Shown: positions 38,776 through 52,320 of the stretch, piece by piece
Numbering within the stretch: position 1 is the stretch's first letter
Layout: the number at the start of each line of letters is the position of its first letter
Source of the DNA: Mobula hypostoma
Lineage: Eukaryota
Direction: 5' to 3'
Length of the DNA: 64,000 bases
NCBI RefSeq assembly: GCF_963921235.1
Contig: NC_086107.1
Span: 113,400,001 to 113,464,000 of the forward strand
Program-made: the position numbers and the translations under genes
The notes under the pieces: model-generated
The model's input: the letters and a program-made list of their open reading frames with translations, nothing else
Database searches by the model: none
What the model was told of the DNA's origin: nothing

Positions 38776-39708
38776 AAATAAATGCTAAGGGAACTATGTC
38801 TGCCCCTGCTGACCAACCCCGGAATAGACTAGAGTCTGAGCAGAAAACGCGAAGTGTTTATTTCCGTCTGCAGATGCCTCTGGCTCACTGACTTCCTCCA
38901 ACAGTTCATGAAGATTATTCAGTTACAGAATAAACTCATCATTAGAAAGTCCAGCATTGATCACTCTTCCCTACCAGGCAGAGCAACTTTCCTGGTCAGT
39001 TCAGAGGGCATTTGGAATTGTCCTTTGATCCAAGGGTCACGTGTAGGCCAGTCCGGGGAGGAATGGCTCAACTCATTCCCCCGATAATATTTATTTATTA
39101 TGATAGTTATTATTAATAATAACTTATTTATTGAGCATTTTTCATCCAGACAATATAGTTCAAAGTGCTTTACACCGGACCATGTGCAAACATGAAAACA
39201 AAAGACAAAAGGAGATAAAAACGTAAACACGAGGAAATCTGCAGATGCTAGAAATTCAAGCAACACACATCAAAGTTGCTGGTGAACGCAGCAGACCAGG
39301 CAGCATCTCCAGGAAGAGGTACAGTCGGCGCTTCGGGCCGAGGCCTTTCGTCAGGACAAAAGAAGATGTTAGTTAAAAGCAACGTTAAATAAATAGATTT
39401 TGTGCTGGCATTTAAAAGTGGCAGCTGAGTTTGCATCCCTTATAGTTTTAGATATTGAATTCCAAGTTTAGGAGCATAGATCAAAAAAAGGTGACCTGCC
39501 AATTAACCTTGGAGGGAAATATTACATATTCCAGTTTTGAATGAGCATTTTATTTAATTGACTAATTTCAAATCCCAAACAGTTGTGGTGGGATTTGAGT
39601 TTGGGGGTCAAGGTCTAATCCTATGGATGTCAGTCCCTCCCCTTCATACCTTTAACTCGCATGGTATATCACTTCTCCAATACTGTCCCTCCCACAGTGT
39701 GACACTCC

Positions 39709-40063
39709 ACATCCGGTACGGTGGGGCGGGGGGAATGAGGGATGAGAAGGTCTCGGCGAGGTTGCTCCTGAGTTTGGCTAACGCAGCTATCTGTGGGTAT
39801 TGGAAGCGGCCGGTGGAGGGTTCTGCCCAGCTGGACAGTCTGCCAATGTTCTGGGCTAATGTCCGTGCTCAGGTGACCGCGGAGAGTGAACGAGCAGGGT
39901 CCGTGGGCACCAGATAGGTGTTCCAGGATAGTTGGCACCAGAGAGAATAAATGCCAGTTTGAACAGGGATGAATCATTTTAATTTAATGTAGTTTGAGTT
40001 AGTACTTCAGACAGTCACTGTTAATCGTTATGTGCTGTAGTATTGCAGAATGTAATAAAAAAA
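39709..40063 (+). mobile_element. Tx1-clade (L1 group) retrotransposon 3' fragment
   Basis: HPVRWG...LLLSLANAAI..WKRPVEGSAQLDSLPMF.ANVRAQV..E.E.A.S.GT resembles the Tx1 ORF2 C-terminus; ends in AATAAAAAAA. Confidence 0.7.
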
Positions 40064-43000
40064 TAGTACTACCACTCTCTCAGTACCGATCTTCTCCAGT
40101 GTGACCCTCCTTCAGTACTGACCCCCCACAGTGTGACCTCCCTCACTACCACCCCTCCCACAGTGTGACCCTCCCTCGGTACCAACCCCCCCCACAGTGT
40201 GACCCTCCCTCGATACCACCCTCCCAGTGTGACCCTCCCTCAGACCGCCCCTCCCGCAGTGCAACCCTCCCTCGGTACCACCCCTCCCACAGTGTGACCC
40301 TCCCTCAGTACCACCCCTCCCACAGTGTGACCCTCCCTCAGTGTGACCCTCCCTCAGTACCACCCCTCCCACAGTGTGACCCTCCCTCAGTACCATCCCT
40401 CCCACAGTGTGACCCTCCCTCAATACCACCCCTCCCACAGTGTGACCCTCCCTCAGTACCATCCCTCCCATAGTGTGACCCTCCCTCAGTACCACCCCTC
40501 CCACAGTGTGACCCTCCCTCAGTACCATCCCTCCCACAGTGTGACCCTCCCTCGGTACCACCCCTCCCACAGTGTGACCCTCCCTCAGTACCACCCCTCC
40601 CACAGTGGGACCTCCCTCGGTACCACCCCTCCCACAGTGTGACCCTCCCTCGATACCACCCTCCCAGTGTGACCCTCCCTCAGACCGCCCCTCCCGCAGT
40701 GCGACCCTCCCTCGGTACCACCCCTCCCACAGTGTGACCCTCCTTCAGTACTGACCCCCCCACAGTGTGACCTCCCTCAGTACCACCATCCCACAGTGTG
40801 ACCTCCCTCAGTACCAACACCCCCACAGTGTGATCCTCCCTCAGTACCAACCCCCCCACAGTGTGACCCTCCCTCGATACCACCCTCCCAGTGTGACCCT
40901 CCCTCAGTACCGCCCCTCCCGCAGTGCGACCCTCCCTCGGTACCACCCCTCCCACAGTGTGACCCTCCCTCAGTACCACCCCTCCCACAGTGTGACCCTC
41001 CCTCAGTATGACTCCTCCCACAGTGTGACCCTCCCTCAGTACCTCCCCTCCCACAGTGTGACCCTCCCTCAGTACCACCCCTCCAACAGTGCGACCCTCC
41101 CTCAGTACTGACCCCCCAACAGTGTGACCCTCCCTCAGTATCACTCCTCCCACAGTGTGACACTCCCTCAGTACCATCCCTCCCACAGTGCGACCCTCCC
41201 TCAGTACTGACTCCCCAACAGTGTGACACTCCCTCAGTACCACCCCTCCCACAGTGTGACCCTTCCTCAGAACCACCCCTCCCACAGTGTGACCCTCACT
41301 CAGTACTGACCCCCCCACAGTGTGACACTCCCTCAGTACCACCCCTCCCACAGTGTGACACTCCCTCAGTACCACCCCTCCCACAGTGTGACCCTCACTC
41401 AGTACTGACCCCCCCCCCACAGTGTGACACTCCCTCAGTACTACCCCTCCCACAGTGTGACCCTCCCTCAGTACCACCCCCGTACAGTGTGACCCTCCCT
41501 CAGTATGACCCCTCGCACAATGTGACCCTCACTCAGTACCACCACTCCCACAGTGTGACCTTCCCACAGTGCGACCCTCCCTCAGCACCACCCCTCCCAC
41601 AGTGTGACCCTCCCTCAGTACCACCCCTCCCACAGTGTGACTCTCCCTCAGTACCACCCCACCCCACAGTGTGACTCTCCCTCAGTACCACCCCTCCCAC
41701 AGTGTGACCCTCCCTCGGTACCAACCCCCCCACAGTGTGACCCTCCCTCAGTACCACCCCAGCCAGTGTGACTCTCCCTCAGTACCACCCCTCCAACAGT
41801 GTGACCCTCCCTCAGTACCATCCCTCCCATAGTGTGACCCTCCCTCAGTACCACCCCTCCCACAGTGTGACCCTCCCTCAGTACCATCCCTCCCATAGTG
41901 TGACCCTCCCTCAGTACCACCCCTCCCACAGTGTGACCCTCCCTCAGTACCATCCCTCCCACAGTGTGACCCTCCCTCAATACCACCCTCCCAGTGTGAC
42001 CCTCCCTCAGTACCGCCCCTCCCGCAGTGCGACCCTCCCTCGGTACCACCCCTCCCACAGTGTGACCCTCCCTCAGTACCACCCCTCCCACAGTGTGACC
42101 CTCCCTCAGTATGACTCCAACCACAGTGTGACCCTCCCTCAGTACCTCCCCTCCCTTAGTGTGACCCTCCCTCAGTACCACACCTCCAACAGTGCGACCC
42201 TCCCTCAGTACTGACCCCCCAACAGTGTGACCCTCCCTCAGTATCACTCCTCCCACAGTGTGACACTCCCTCAGTACCACCCCTCCCACAGTGCGACCCT
42301 CCCTCAGTACTGACTCCCCAACAGTGTGACACTCCCTCAGTACCACCCCTCCCACAGTGTGATCCTTCCTCAGAACCACCCCTCCCACAGTGTGACCCTC
42401 ACTCAGTACTGACCCCCCCACAGTGTGACACTCCCTCAGTACCACCCCTCCCACAGTGTGACCCTCCCTCAGTACCACCCCTCCCACAGTGTGACCCTCA
42501 CTCAGTACTGACCCCCCCCCCAAAGTGTGACACTCCCTCAGTACTACCCCTCCCACAGTGTGACCCTCCCTCAGTACCACCCCCGTACAGTGTGACCCTC
42601 CCTCAGTATGACCCCTCGCACAATGTGACCCTCACTCAGTACCACCACTCCCACAGTGTGACCTTCCCACAGTGCGACCCTCCCTCAGCACCACCCCTCC
42701 CACAGTGTGACCCTCCCTCAGTACCACCCCTCCCACAGTGTGACTCTCCCTCAGTACCACCCCCCCCCACAGTGTGACTCTCCCTCAGTACCACCCCTCC
42801 CTCAGTGTGACCCTCCCTCGGTACCAACACCCCCACAGTGTGACCCTCCCTCAGTACCACCCCTGCCAGTGTGACTCTCCCTCAGTACCACCCCTCCAAC
42901 AGTGTGACCCTCCCTCAGTACCATCCCTCCCATAGTGTGACCCTCCCTCAGTACCACCCCTCCCACAGTGTGACCCTCCCTCAGTACCATCCCTCCCATA

Positions 43001-46000
43001 GTGTGACCCTCCCTCAGTACCACCCCTCCCACAGTGTGACCCTCCCTCAGTACCATCCCTCCCACAGTGTGACCCTCCCTCAATACCACCCTCCCAGTGT
43101 GACCCTCCCTCAGTACCGCCCCTCCCGCAGTGCGACCCTCCCTCGGTACCACCCCTCCCACAGTGTGACCCTCCCTCAGTACCACCCCTCCCACAGTGTG
43201 ACCCTCCCTCAGTATGACTCCTCCCACAGTGTGACCCTCCCTCAGTACCTCCCCTCCCTTAGTGTGACCCTCCCTCAGTACCACCCCTCCAACAGTGCGA
43301 CCCTCCCTCAGTACTGACCCCCCAACAGTGTGACCCTCCCTCAGTATCACTCCTCCCACAGTGTGACACTCCCTCAGTACCACCCCTCCCACAGTGCGAC
43401 CCTCCCTCAGTACTGACTCCCCAACAGTGTGACACTCCCTCAGTACCACCCCTCCCACAGTGTGATCCTTCCTCAGAACCACCCCTCCCACAGTGTGACC
43501 CTCACTCAGTACTGACCCCCTCACAGTGTGACACTCCCTCAGTACTACCCCTCCCACAGTGTGACCCTCCCTCAGTACCACCCCCCCACAGTGTGACCCT
43601 CCCTCAGTATGACCCCTCGCACAATGTGACCCTCACTCAGTACCACCCCTCCCACAGTGTGACCCTCCCACAGTGCGACCCTCCCTCAGCACCACCCCTC
43701 CCACAGTGTGACCCTCCCTCAGTACCACCCCTCCCACAGTGTGACCCTCCCTCAGCACCACCCCTTCCACAGTGTGACCCTCCCGCAGTACCACCCCTCC
43801 CACAGTGTGACTCTCCCTCAGTACCACCCCCCCCACAGTGTGACTCTCCCTCAGTACCACCCCCCCACAGTGTGACCCTCACTCAGTACTACCCCTCCCA
43901 CAGTGTGACCCTCCCTCAGTACCACCCCTCCCACAGTGTGACCCTCCCACAGTGCGACCCTCCCACAGTGTAACCCTCCCTCAGCACCATCCCTCCCATA
44001 GTGTGACCCTCCCTCAGTACCACCCCTCCCACAGTGTGACCCTCCCTCAGTACCATCCCTCCCACAGTGCGACCCTCCCTCAGTACTGACCCCCCAACAG
44101 TGTGACCCTCCCTCAGTATCACTCCTCCCACAGTGTGACACTCCCTCAGTACCACCCCTCCCACAGTGCGACCCTCCCTCAGTACTGACTCCCCAACAGT
44201 GTGACACTCCCTCAGTACCACCCCTCCCACAGTGTGACCCTTCCTCAGAACCACCCCTCCCACAGTGTGACCCTCACTCAGTACTGACCCCCCCACAGTG
44301 TGACACTCCCTCAGTACTACCCCTCCCACAGTGTGACCCTCCCTGAGTACCACCCCTCCCATAGTGTGACCCTCCCTCAGTACCACCCCCCCACAGTGTG
44401 ACCCTCCCTCAGTACCATCCCTCCCACAGTGCGACCCTCCCTCAGTACTGACCCCCCAACAGTGTGACCCTCCCTCAGTATCACTCCTCCCACAGTGTGA
44501 CACTCCCTCAGTACCACCCCTCCCACAGTGCGACCCTCCCTCAGTACTGACTCCCCAACAGTGTGACACTCCCTCAGTACCACCCCTCCCACAGTGTGAC
44601 CCTTCCTCAGAACCACCCCTCCCAGAGTGTGACCCTCACTCAGTACTGACCCCCCCACAGTGTGACACTCCCTCAGTACTACCCCTCCCACAGTGTGACC
44701 CTCCCTCAGTACCACCCCCCTACAGTGTGACCCTCCCTCAGTATGACCCCTCGCACAATGTGACCCTCACTCAGTACCACCCCTCCCACAGTGTGACCCT
44801 CCCTCAGTACCACCCCTCCCACAGTGTGACTCTCCCTCAGTACCACCCCCCTACAGTGTGACCCTCCCTCAGTATGACCCCTCGCACAATGTGACCCTCA
44901 CTCAGCACCACCCCTCCCACAGTGTGACCCTCCCTCAGTACCACCCCTCCCACAGTGTGACTCTCCCTCAGTACCACCCCTCCCACAGTGTGACCCTCCC
45001 TCAGCACCACCCCTCCCACAGTGTGACCCTCCCTCAGTACCACCCCTCCCACAGTGTGACCCTCCCTCAGTACCACCCCTGCCAGTGTGACTCTCCCTCA
45101 GTACCACCCCTCCAACAGTGCGACCCTCCCTCAGTACTGACCCCCCAACAGTGTGACCCTCCCTCAGTATCACTCCTCCCACAGTGTGACACTCCCTCAG
45201 TACCACCCCTCCCACAGTGCGACCCTCCCTCAGTACTGACTCCCCAACAGTGTGACACTCCCTCAGTACCACCCCTCCCACAGTGTGACCCTTCCTCAGA
45301 ACCACCCCTCCCACAGTGTGACCCTCACTCAGTACTGACCCCCCCACAGTGTGACACTCCCTCAGTACTACCCCTCCCACAGTGTGACCCTCCCTCAGTA
45401 TGACCCCTCGCACAATGTGACCCTCACTCAGTACCACCCCTCCCACAGTGTGACCCTCCCACAGTGCGACCCTCCCTCAGCACCACCCCTTCCACAGTGT
45501 GACCCTCCCTCAGTACCACCCTCCCACAGTGTGACCCTCCCTCAGTACCACCCCTCCAACAGTGCGACCCTCCCTCAGTACTGACCCCCCAACAGTGTGA
45601 CCCTCCCTCAGTATCACTCCTCCCACAGTGTGACACTCCCTCAGTACCACCCCTCCCACAGTGCGACCCTCCCTCAGTACTGACTCCCCAACAGTGTGAC
45701 ACTCCCTCAGTACCACCCCTCCCACAGTGTGATCCTTCCTCAGAACCACCCCTCCCACAGTGTGACCCTCACTCAGTACTGACCCCCCCACAGTGTGACA
45801 CTCCCTCAGTACTACCCCTCCCACAGTGTGACCCTCCCTCAGTACCACCCCCCCACAGTGTGACCCTCCCTCAGTATGACCCCTCGCACAATGTGACCCT
45901 CACTCAGTACCACCCCTCCCACAGTGTGACCCTCCCACAGTGCGACCCTCCCTCAGCACCACCCCTCCCACAGTGTGACCCTCCCTCAGTACCACCCCTC

Positions 46001-48598
46001 CCACAGTGTGACCCTCCCTCAGCACCACCCCTTCCACAGTGTGACCCTCCCGCAGTACCACCCCTCCCACAGTGTGACTCTCCCTCAGTACCACCCCCCC
46101 ACAGTGTGACTCTCCCTCAGTACCACCCCCCCACAGTGTGACCCTCACTCAGTACTACCCCTCCCACAGTGTGACCCTCCCTCAGTACCACCCCTCCCAC
46201 AGTGTGACCCTCCCACAGTGCGACCCTCCCACAGTGTAACCCTCCCTCAGCACCACCCCTCCCACAGTGTGACCCTCCCTCAGTACCACCCCTGCCAGTG
46301 TGACTCTCCCTCAGTACCACCCCCCCCACAGTGTGACTCTCCCTCAGTACCACCCCCCCACAGTGTGACCCTCACTCAGTACTACCCCTCCCACAGTGTG
46401 ACCCTCCCTCAGTACCACCCCTCCCACAGTGTGACCCTCCCACAGTGCGACCCTCCCACAGTGTGACCCTCCCTCAGCACCACCCCTCCCACAGTGTGAC
46501 CCTCCCTCAGTACCACCCCTGCCAGTGTGACTCTCCCTCAGTACCACCCCTCCCACAAGTGTGACCCTCCCTCAGTACCACCCCTCCCATAGTGTGACCC
46601 TCCCTCAGTACCACCCCCCCACAGTGTGACCCTCCCTCAGTACCATCCCTCCCACAGTGTGACCCTCCCTCAGTACCATCCCTCCCACAGTGCGACCCTC
46701 CCTCAGTACTGACCCCCCAACAGTGTGACCCTCCCTCAGTATCACTCCTCCCACAGTGTGACACTCCCTCAGTACCACCCCTCCCACAGTGCGACCCTCC
46801 CTCAGTACTGACTCCCCAACAGTGTGACACTCCCTCAGTACCACCCCTCCCACAGTGTGACCCTTCCTCAGAACCACCCCTCCCACAGTGTGACCCTCAC
46901 TCAGTACTGACCCCCCCACAGTGTGACACTCCCTCAGTACTACCCCTCCCACAGTGTGACCCTCCCTCAGTACCACCCCTCCCATAGTGTGACCCTCCCT
47001 CAGTACCACCCCCCCACAGTGTGACCCTCCCTCAGTACCATCCCTCCCACAGTGCGACCCTCCCTCAGTACTGACCCCCCAACAGTGTGACCCTCCCTCA
47101 GTATCACTCCTCCCACAGTGTGACACTCCCTCAGTACCACCCCTCCCACAGTGCGACCCTCCCTCAGTACTGACTCCCCAACAGTGTGACACTCCCTCAG
47201 TACCACCCCTCCCACAGTGTGACCCTTCCTCAGAACCACCCCTCCCAGAGTGTGACCCTCACTCAGTACTGACCCCCCCACAGTGTGACACTCCCTCAGT
47301 ACTACCTCTCCCACAGTGTGACCCTCCCTCAGTACCACCCCCCTACAGTGTGACCCTCCCTCAGTATGACCCCTCACACAATGTGACCCTCACTCAGTAC
47401 CACCCCTCCCACAGTGTGACCCTCCCTCAGTACCACCCCTCCCACAGTGTGACTCTCCCTCAGTACCACCCCCCTACAGTGTGACCCTCCCTCAGTATGA
47501 CCCCTTGCACAATGTGACCCTCACTCAGCACCACCCCTCCCACAGTGTGACCCTCCCTCAGTACCACCCCTCCCACAGTGTGACCCTCCCTCAGCACCAC
47601 CCCTCCCACAGTGTGACCCTCCCTCAGTACCACCCCTCCCACAGTGTGACCCTCCCTCAGTACCACCCCTGCCAGTGTGACTCTCCCTCAGTACCACCCC
47701 TCCCACAGTGTGACTCTCCCTCAGTACCACCCCTCCCATAGTGTGACCCTCCCTCAGTACCACCCCCCCACAGTGTGACCCTCCCTCAGTACCATCCCTC
47801 CCATAGTGTGACCCTCCCTCAGTACCACCCCTCCAACAGTGTGACCCTCCCTCAGTACCATCCCTCCCACAGTGCGACCCTCCCTCAGTACTGACCCCCC
47901 AACAGTGTGACCCTCCCTCAGTATCACTCCTCCCACAGTGTGACACTCCCTCAGTACCACCCCTCCCACAGTGCGACCCTCCCTCAGTACTGACTCCCCA
48001 ACAGTGTGACACTCCCTCAGTACCACCCCTCCCACAGTGTGACCCTTCCTCAGAACCACCCCTCCCACAGTGTGACCCTCACTCAGTACTGACCCCCCCA
48101 CAGTGTGACACTCCCTCAGTACTACCCCTCCCACAGTGTGACCCTCCCTCAGTACCACCCCCCTACAGTGTGACCCTCCCTCAGTATGACCCCTCGCACA
48201 ATGTGACCCTCACTCAGTACCACCCCTCCCACAGTGTGACCCTCCCTCAGTACCATCCCTCCCATAGTGTGACCCTCCCTCAGTACCACCCCTCCTACAG
48301 TGTGACCCTCCCTCAGTACCATCCCTCCCATAGTGTGACCCTCCCTCAGTACCACCCCTCCTACAGTGTGACCCTCCCTCAGTACCATCCCTCCCACAGT
48401 GTGACCCTCCCTCAGTACCATCCCTCCCATAGTGTGACCCTCCCTCAGTACCACCCCTCCTACAGTGTGACCCTCCCTCAGTACCATCCCTCCCATAGTG
48501 TGACCCTCCCTCAGTACCACCCCTCCCACAGTGTGACCCTCCCTCAGTACCACCCCTCCCACAGTGTGACCCTCCCTCAGTACCACCTCTCCCATAGT
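40064..48598. repeat. 33-bp minisatellite (CCCACAGTGTGACCCTCCCTCAGTACCACCCCT), ~260 units, higher-order structure
   Basis: Directly visible; variant units recur at kb-scale offsets. Confidence 0.98.
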
Positions 48599-49139
48599 TT
48601 GGCACTTGTTTGTTTCGGCTTCTCCCACATGGGGGATGCTGAAGAAAGGGTTTGAGTGTGGTGTTCAGCATTGAGGAAGTTGTTGTGTCAAATATTCTGG
48701 ACAGGCTATTGCTGGCACCAGTATGTGTGGTGACACTTGCAGTCTGGCCTCAGCGCGTCACTCGGGTGTGTTGGTTGTTAATGCAAACAATGCATTTCAC
48801 TGTGCGTTTCGATGGGCATGTGATAAATAAACCTTAATCTGAGTCGTACCAGGAATCACTACTTGCAGATGGAGACAAAAAGCCCTCGCCAGAAACTGCA
48901 GATGAGCAGTTCCTCGAGCCCCCTCAGCTGTGCCCCTGTGAACCCTGAGCTGTGGTAGAGTTGGCCAAGAATGCACAGAGTCACATGGCATGGTAATGTA
49001 ATGGTTAACATAATGCTTTACCGAGCCAATAATCCCCAATCAGGGTTCAGTGTCTGCCACCGGCTGTAAGGACTTTGTGCATTCTCCCAGTTTTCACGTG
49101 GATTTCATCTGGGTCCTTTGGTTTCTTCCTACATCAGTA

Positions 49140-49670
49140 TCGTAGGAGTATTGAGTGCAAATTTAGTCACCTTCTACAGGAAAAATGTAAATAACGTTGA
49201 AAGAGTACAGAGTAAATTTACAAGGCAGTTGCTGGGTCTGGAAGTCCTGAGTTATAAGGATAGATTGAAAAGGGCTAGGAATTTATTCCTCGAAACATAG
49301 AATATTGAGAGGAGATTTGATAGAGTTATACAAAATTATGAGGGGTATAGATAAGGTAAATGCAAGCAGGCTTTTTCCATTGAGGCTGGGTGGGACTACA
49401 ACTAGAGGTCATGGGTTAAGGGTGAAAGGTGAAAAGTTTAAGGGGAACATGAGGGGAAACTTCACTCAGAGGGTTGTGAGGATGTGGAATAAGCTGCCAG
49501 CACAAGTGGTTCAAGTAAGCTCAACGTTTAAGACAATTTTGGTTAGGTATCTGGATAGGAGTGGTATGGGGGTGCTGTGGTGCCAGTGCAGTCAATGGGA
49601 GTAGGTAGTTTAAATAGTTAGGCGCAGACTTGATGGGCCAAAGGGCCTGTTACTTTTCTATGACTCTACT
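49140..49670 (+). mobile_element. CR1-type LINE 3' fragment
   Basis: RGDLIELYKIMRGIDKV...TRGHGL...FTQRVV..WN.LP. Confidence 0.85.
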
Positions 49671-49879
49671 CTAAGGCTATATGGGTAGTGCTACGCAGGT
49701 GGGTTAGGGTTAGTGAGTGTTCGTACGCTGTGGGCACGCTGAGTTGGCGCCGGAAGCACAGCGACACACGTGGGCTGCCCCCAGCACATCCTCGGACTGT
49801 GTTGGTCGTTGACTCAAAACCGAACATTTCACTGAATGTTTCGATGTTTCAATGTGCGTGTGAAAAACAAAGCTAATTT

Positions 49880-49910
49880 CAACTTCAAATCAAAACCCTT
49901 AAGGTTTATT
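49880..49910 (-). terminator. Candidate IL2RB polyadenylation signal
   Basis: AATAAA on the minus strand (tttatt at 49905-49910) in non-repeat AT-rich sequence, followed on the minus strand by GU/U-rich sequence (gggttttgatttgaagttg). Would imply a 3' UTR of ~4.8 kb; nearer signals in repeats are also possible. Confidence 0.35.
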
Positions 49911-52320
49911 GAAAATGAGTAATGATACAAACTTTACATGGTAAAACATGACAAACCAAATCCCATTAAAATATCATAAGGTTACATGGTTGACCTGATA
50001 ATACATGTGAAGAGATAAATTAACAGACACTGATGCAGATCTTGCATTTTAATAAACAAAACAACATTCACTCCTTTAATCTGAACCTCAGCTCCATCAC
50101 CAGACACTTTCAAAGACCAACACCTCAAGAGGGCCATGTCCATTATGAAGGAGCCTCACCATCAAGGACATAACATGTCCTCTTCTAATCACTATCACCA
50201 GAGAGGAGGTACAGGAGCCTGAAGGCACACTCAATGTTTTAGGAGTAACTTCTTCCCCTCCGCCATCAGGTTTCCCAACAGTCCCTGCACCCGTGAACAC
50301 TACCTCACTATCCTTGCTCGCTTTTCCCTCTGCTTATTTTTTTTTTTTGTTTTTTTATTTCTTAAACAGAAGAAAGTCTGCAGGTTCTGTAAGTCCAGAG
50401 CAGCACACTCATAATGCTGGAGGAACGCAACAGGCCAGGCAGCATCTATGGAAATTAATAAACAGTTGAGGTTTCGAGCCGAAACCCTTCTTCAGGACTG
50501 AGAAGGAAGCGGGGAGGATTCCAGGATAAAAAGGTTGGGGGAGGAGAAGGAGGCTAACTAGGGGTGATAGGTGAAGACAGGTGGGTGAGGAAGATAAAGG
50601 GCTGGAGAGGAAGGAATCTGATAGGAGAGGAGAGTGGACCATCAGAGAAAGGGAAGGAAGAGGGGACCCAGGGGGAAGTGATAGGCAGGTGAACAGAGGT
50701 AAAAGGCCAGAGTGGGGATTAGAAGAAGAGGGAAAAAGGAAAGAAAATTTTTTTTTACCAGTAGAAGAAATCAATATTCATTCCGTCAGGTTGAAATGGA
50801 ATATAAGATGTTGCTTCTCCACCCTGAGAGTGGCCTCATCCCAGCACAATAGTAGGTCATGGACCGACATAGTGGAAGGGGAATGGGAATGGGAATGGGA
50901 ATGGGAATTAAAATGTCTGGCCATTGGGAAGTCCCGCTTGTGGCAGATGCAACGGGGGTGCTTGAGAAAGCGGTTCCCCAATTTACGATGGGTCTCACCA
51001 TTGTTTCTTATTTATTTTCTTAATCTTCGTTGCTCTTTATTGTTTTATTTCTCATTGTAACTTTATATGCATATCACAGCACACACTGCTGCCACAAACC
51101 AACAAATTTCACAAGTTATGTTCCCGATAATAAACCTGATTCTGATTCAAGACCTGTTGGATGAAGCAAGTAGGTTAGCCACTTTGGGCTGGGTTAGAGG
51201 GACTTTTCATTCAATGTATCTGCTCATCTCAATCTGACTGTCACCTCACCCTCAATTCACTCCTTCACTTGCCTAGCCCTTACCTAACCTTGCACCACCT
51301 CACCCTCCTCAACAACTCCACCCTCAACACAATCCCACATTTCACCTCACCCCACCCGTTCCCAACGCTTGATGATCTGGGCTTGACATAGTCCAAGAAT
51401 TTTAAATAATGAATATTTTTTAATTTTATTAGATTTTATTTTTATTTTATAATGATAGAAAAACAGAGAGCTATGTAGGAGGGAAGGATTAGTTTGATCT
51501 TGAAGTACGTTATAGGGTTGGCACAATATTGTGGGCTGAAGGGCCTTTACTATTCTGTAGTATTCTACGTTCTATGAACAATAGTCCTTGTTGGTTCCTC
51601 CATTGAGGACCTCAAGGGCACGTATTTGGAAGAATCAGAGCACCAGCCAGGACTGAGCTCAGATTTGGATGTGGTCCAGGCTTGGGGAGAGGGGAAGGCC
51701 ACTAGTCAGGGACCTGAGATCGGGGTAGGGTTGGAGACGAGCAAGGAAGAACATGCCAATACCTGGGCCCAGGGGGAAAATGGGGTGTGTGGCTATCCTC
51801 AGAACTGAGGAAGATTGGCACATTGTGGTTTGGGGGTGGAGAATTGGGAATGGGGTGGTGGAAGACTGGAGGAGAGGAAACTGTGGTTGAGACCTGGTGG
51901 TATTGGGGGGGGGGGAAGTACAACTTGGGAATGGAGATCACAATCAAAGGTCAAGAAGATTCAAGGGGTCAGGAGTTGGGGAGTTTGGGGGAGGGAATGA
52001 GCCTGGGAACAGAGAGCAACCATATAGGTGGGCAAGTAATGGAAGGCTATAGGGTGATGATAGGACTTACCATGAAAACCATGTTGACCCACAGTTCTCT
52101 GAGGTGGTGTTCCCAATTCCCTGTAATCCAACAGATGGTACATTGAACGGGAATAAGATGCTGTGCATCCCAAAGCAGAGATTGCACCAGATGCACAAAT
52201 TGACAAAGGAAATGATCATTATCACATTTCATTGCAGAAAAACCAGTTTTTCAATTGAATGATGTTAAAGTACAATCAACATTATATATACTTGTTCTCT
52301 GGAGGATATGAAATGTGCAC

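Noticed and set aside
40064..48598. CRISPR-like array or iron-responsive elements (CAGUGU loops near an iron gene)
   Set aside because: There are no unique spacers or cas genes in this eukaryotic context, and the CAGTGT flanks cannot form the 5-bp IRE stem.
40064..48598. CCTCCCT recombination-hotspot motif in each unit
   Set aside because: The motif is specific to human PRDM9 alleles, and the spacing to CCAC does not fit.
40112..48671. Many long ORFs (VVLREGHTVGG, TLPQYHPSHSV repeats)
   Set aside because: By-product of a 33-bp (11-codon) unit. They are open on both strands, are repeatedly frameshifted by 31/32/34-bp variants, and lack splice signals.
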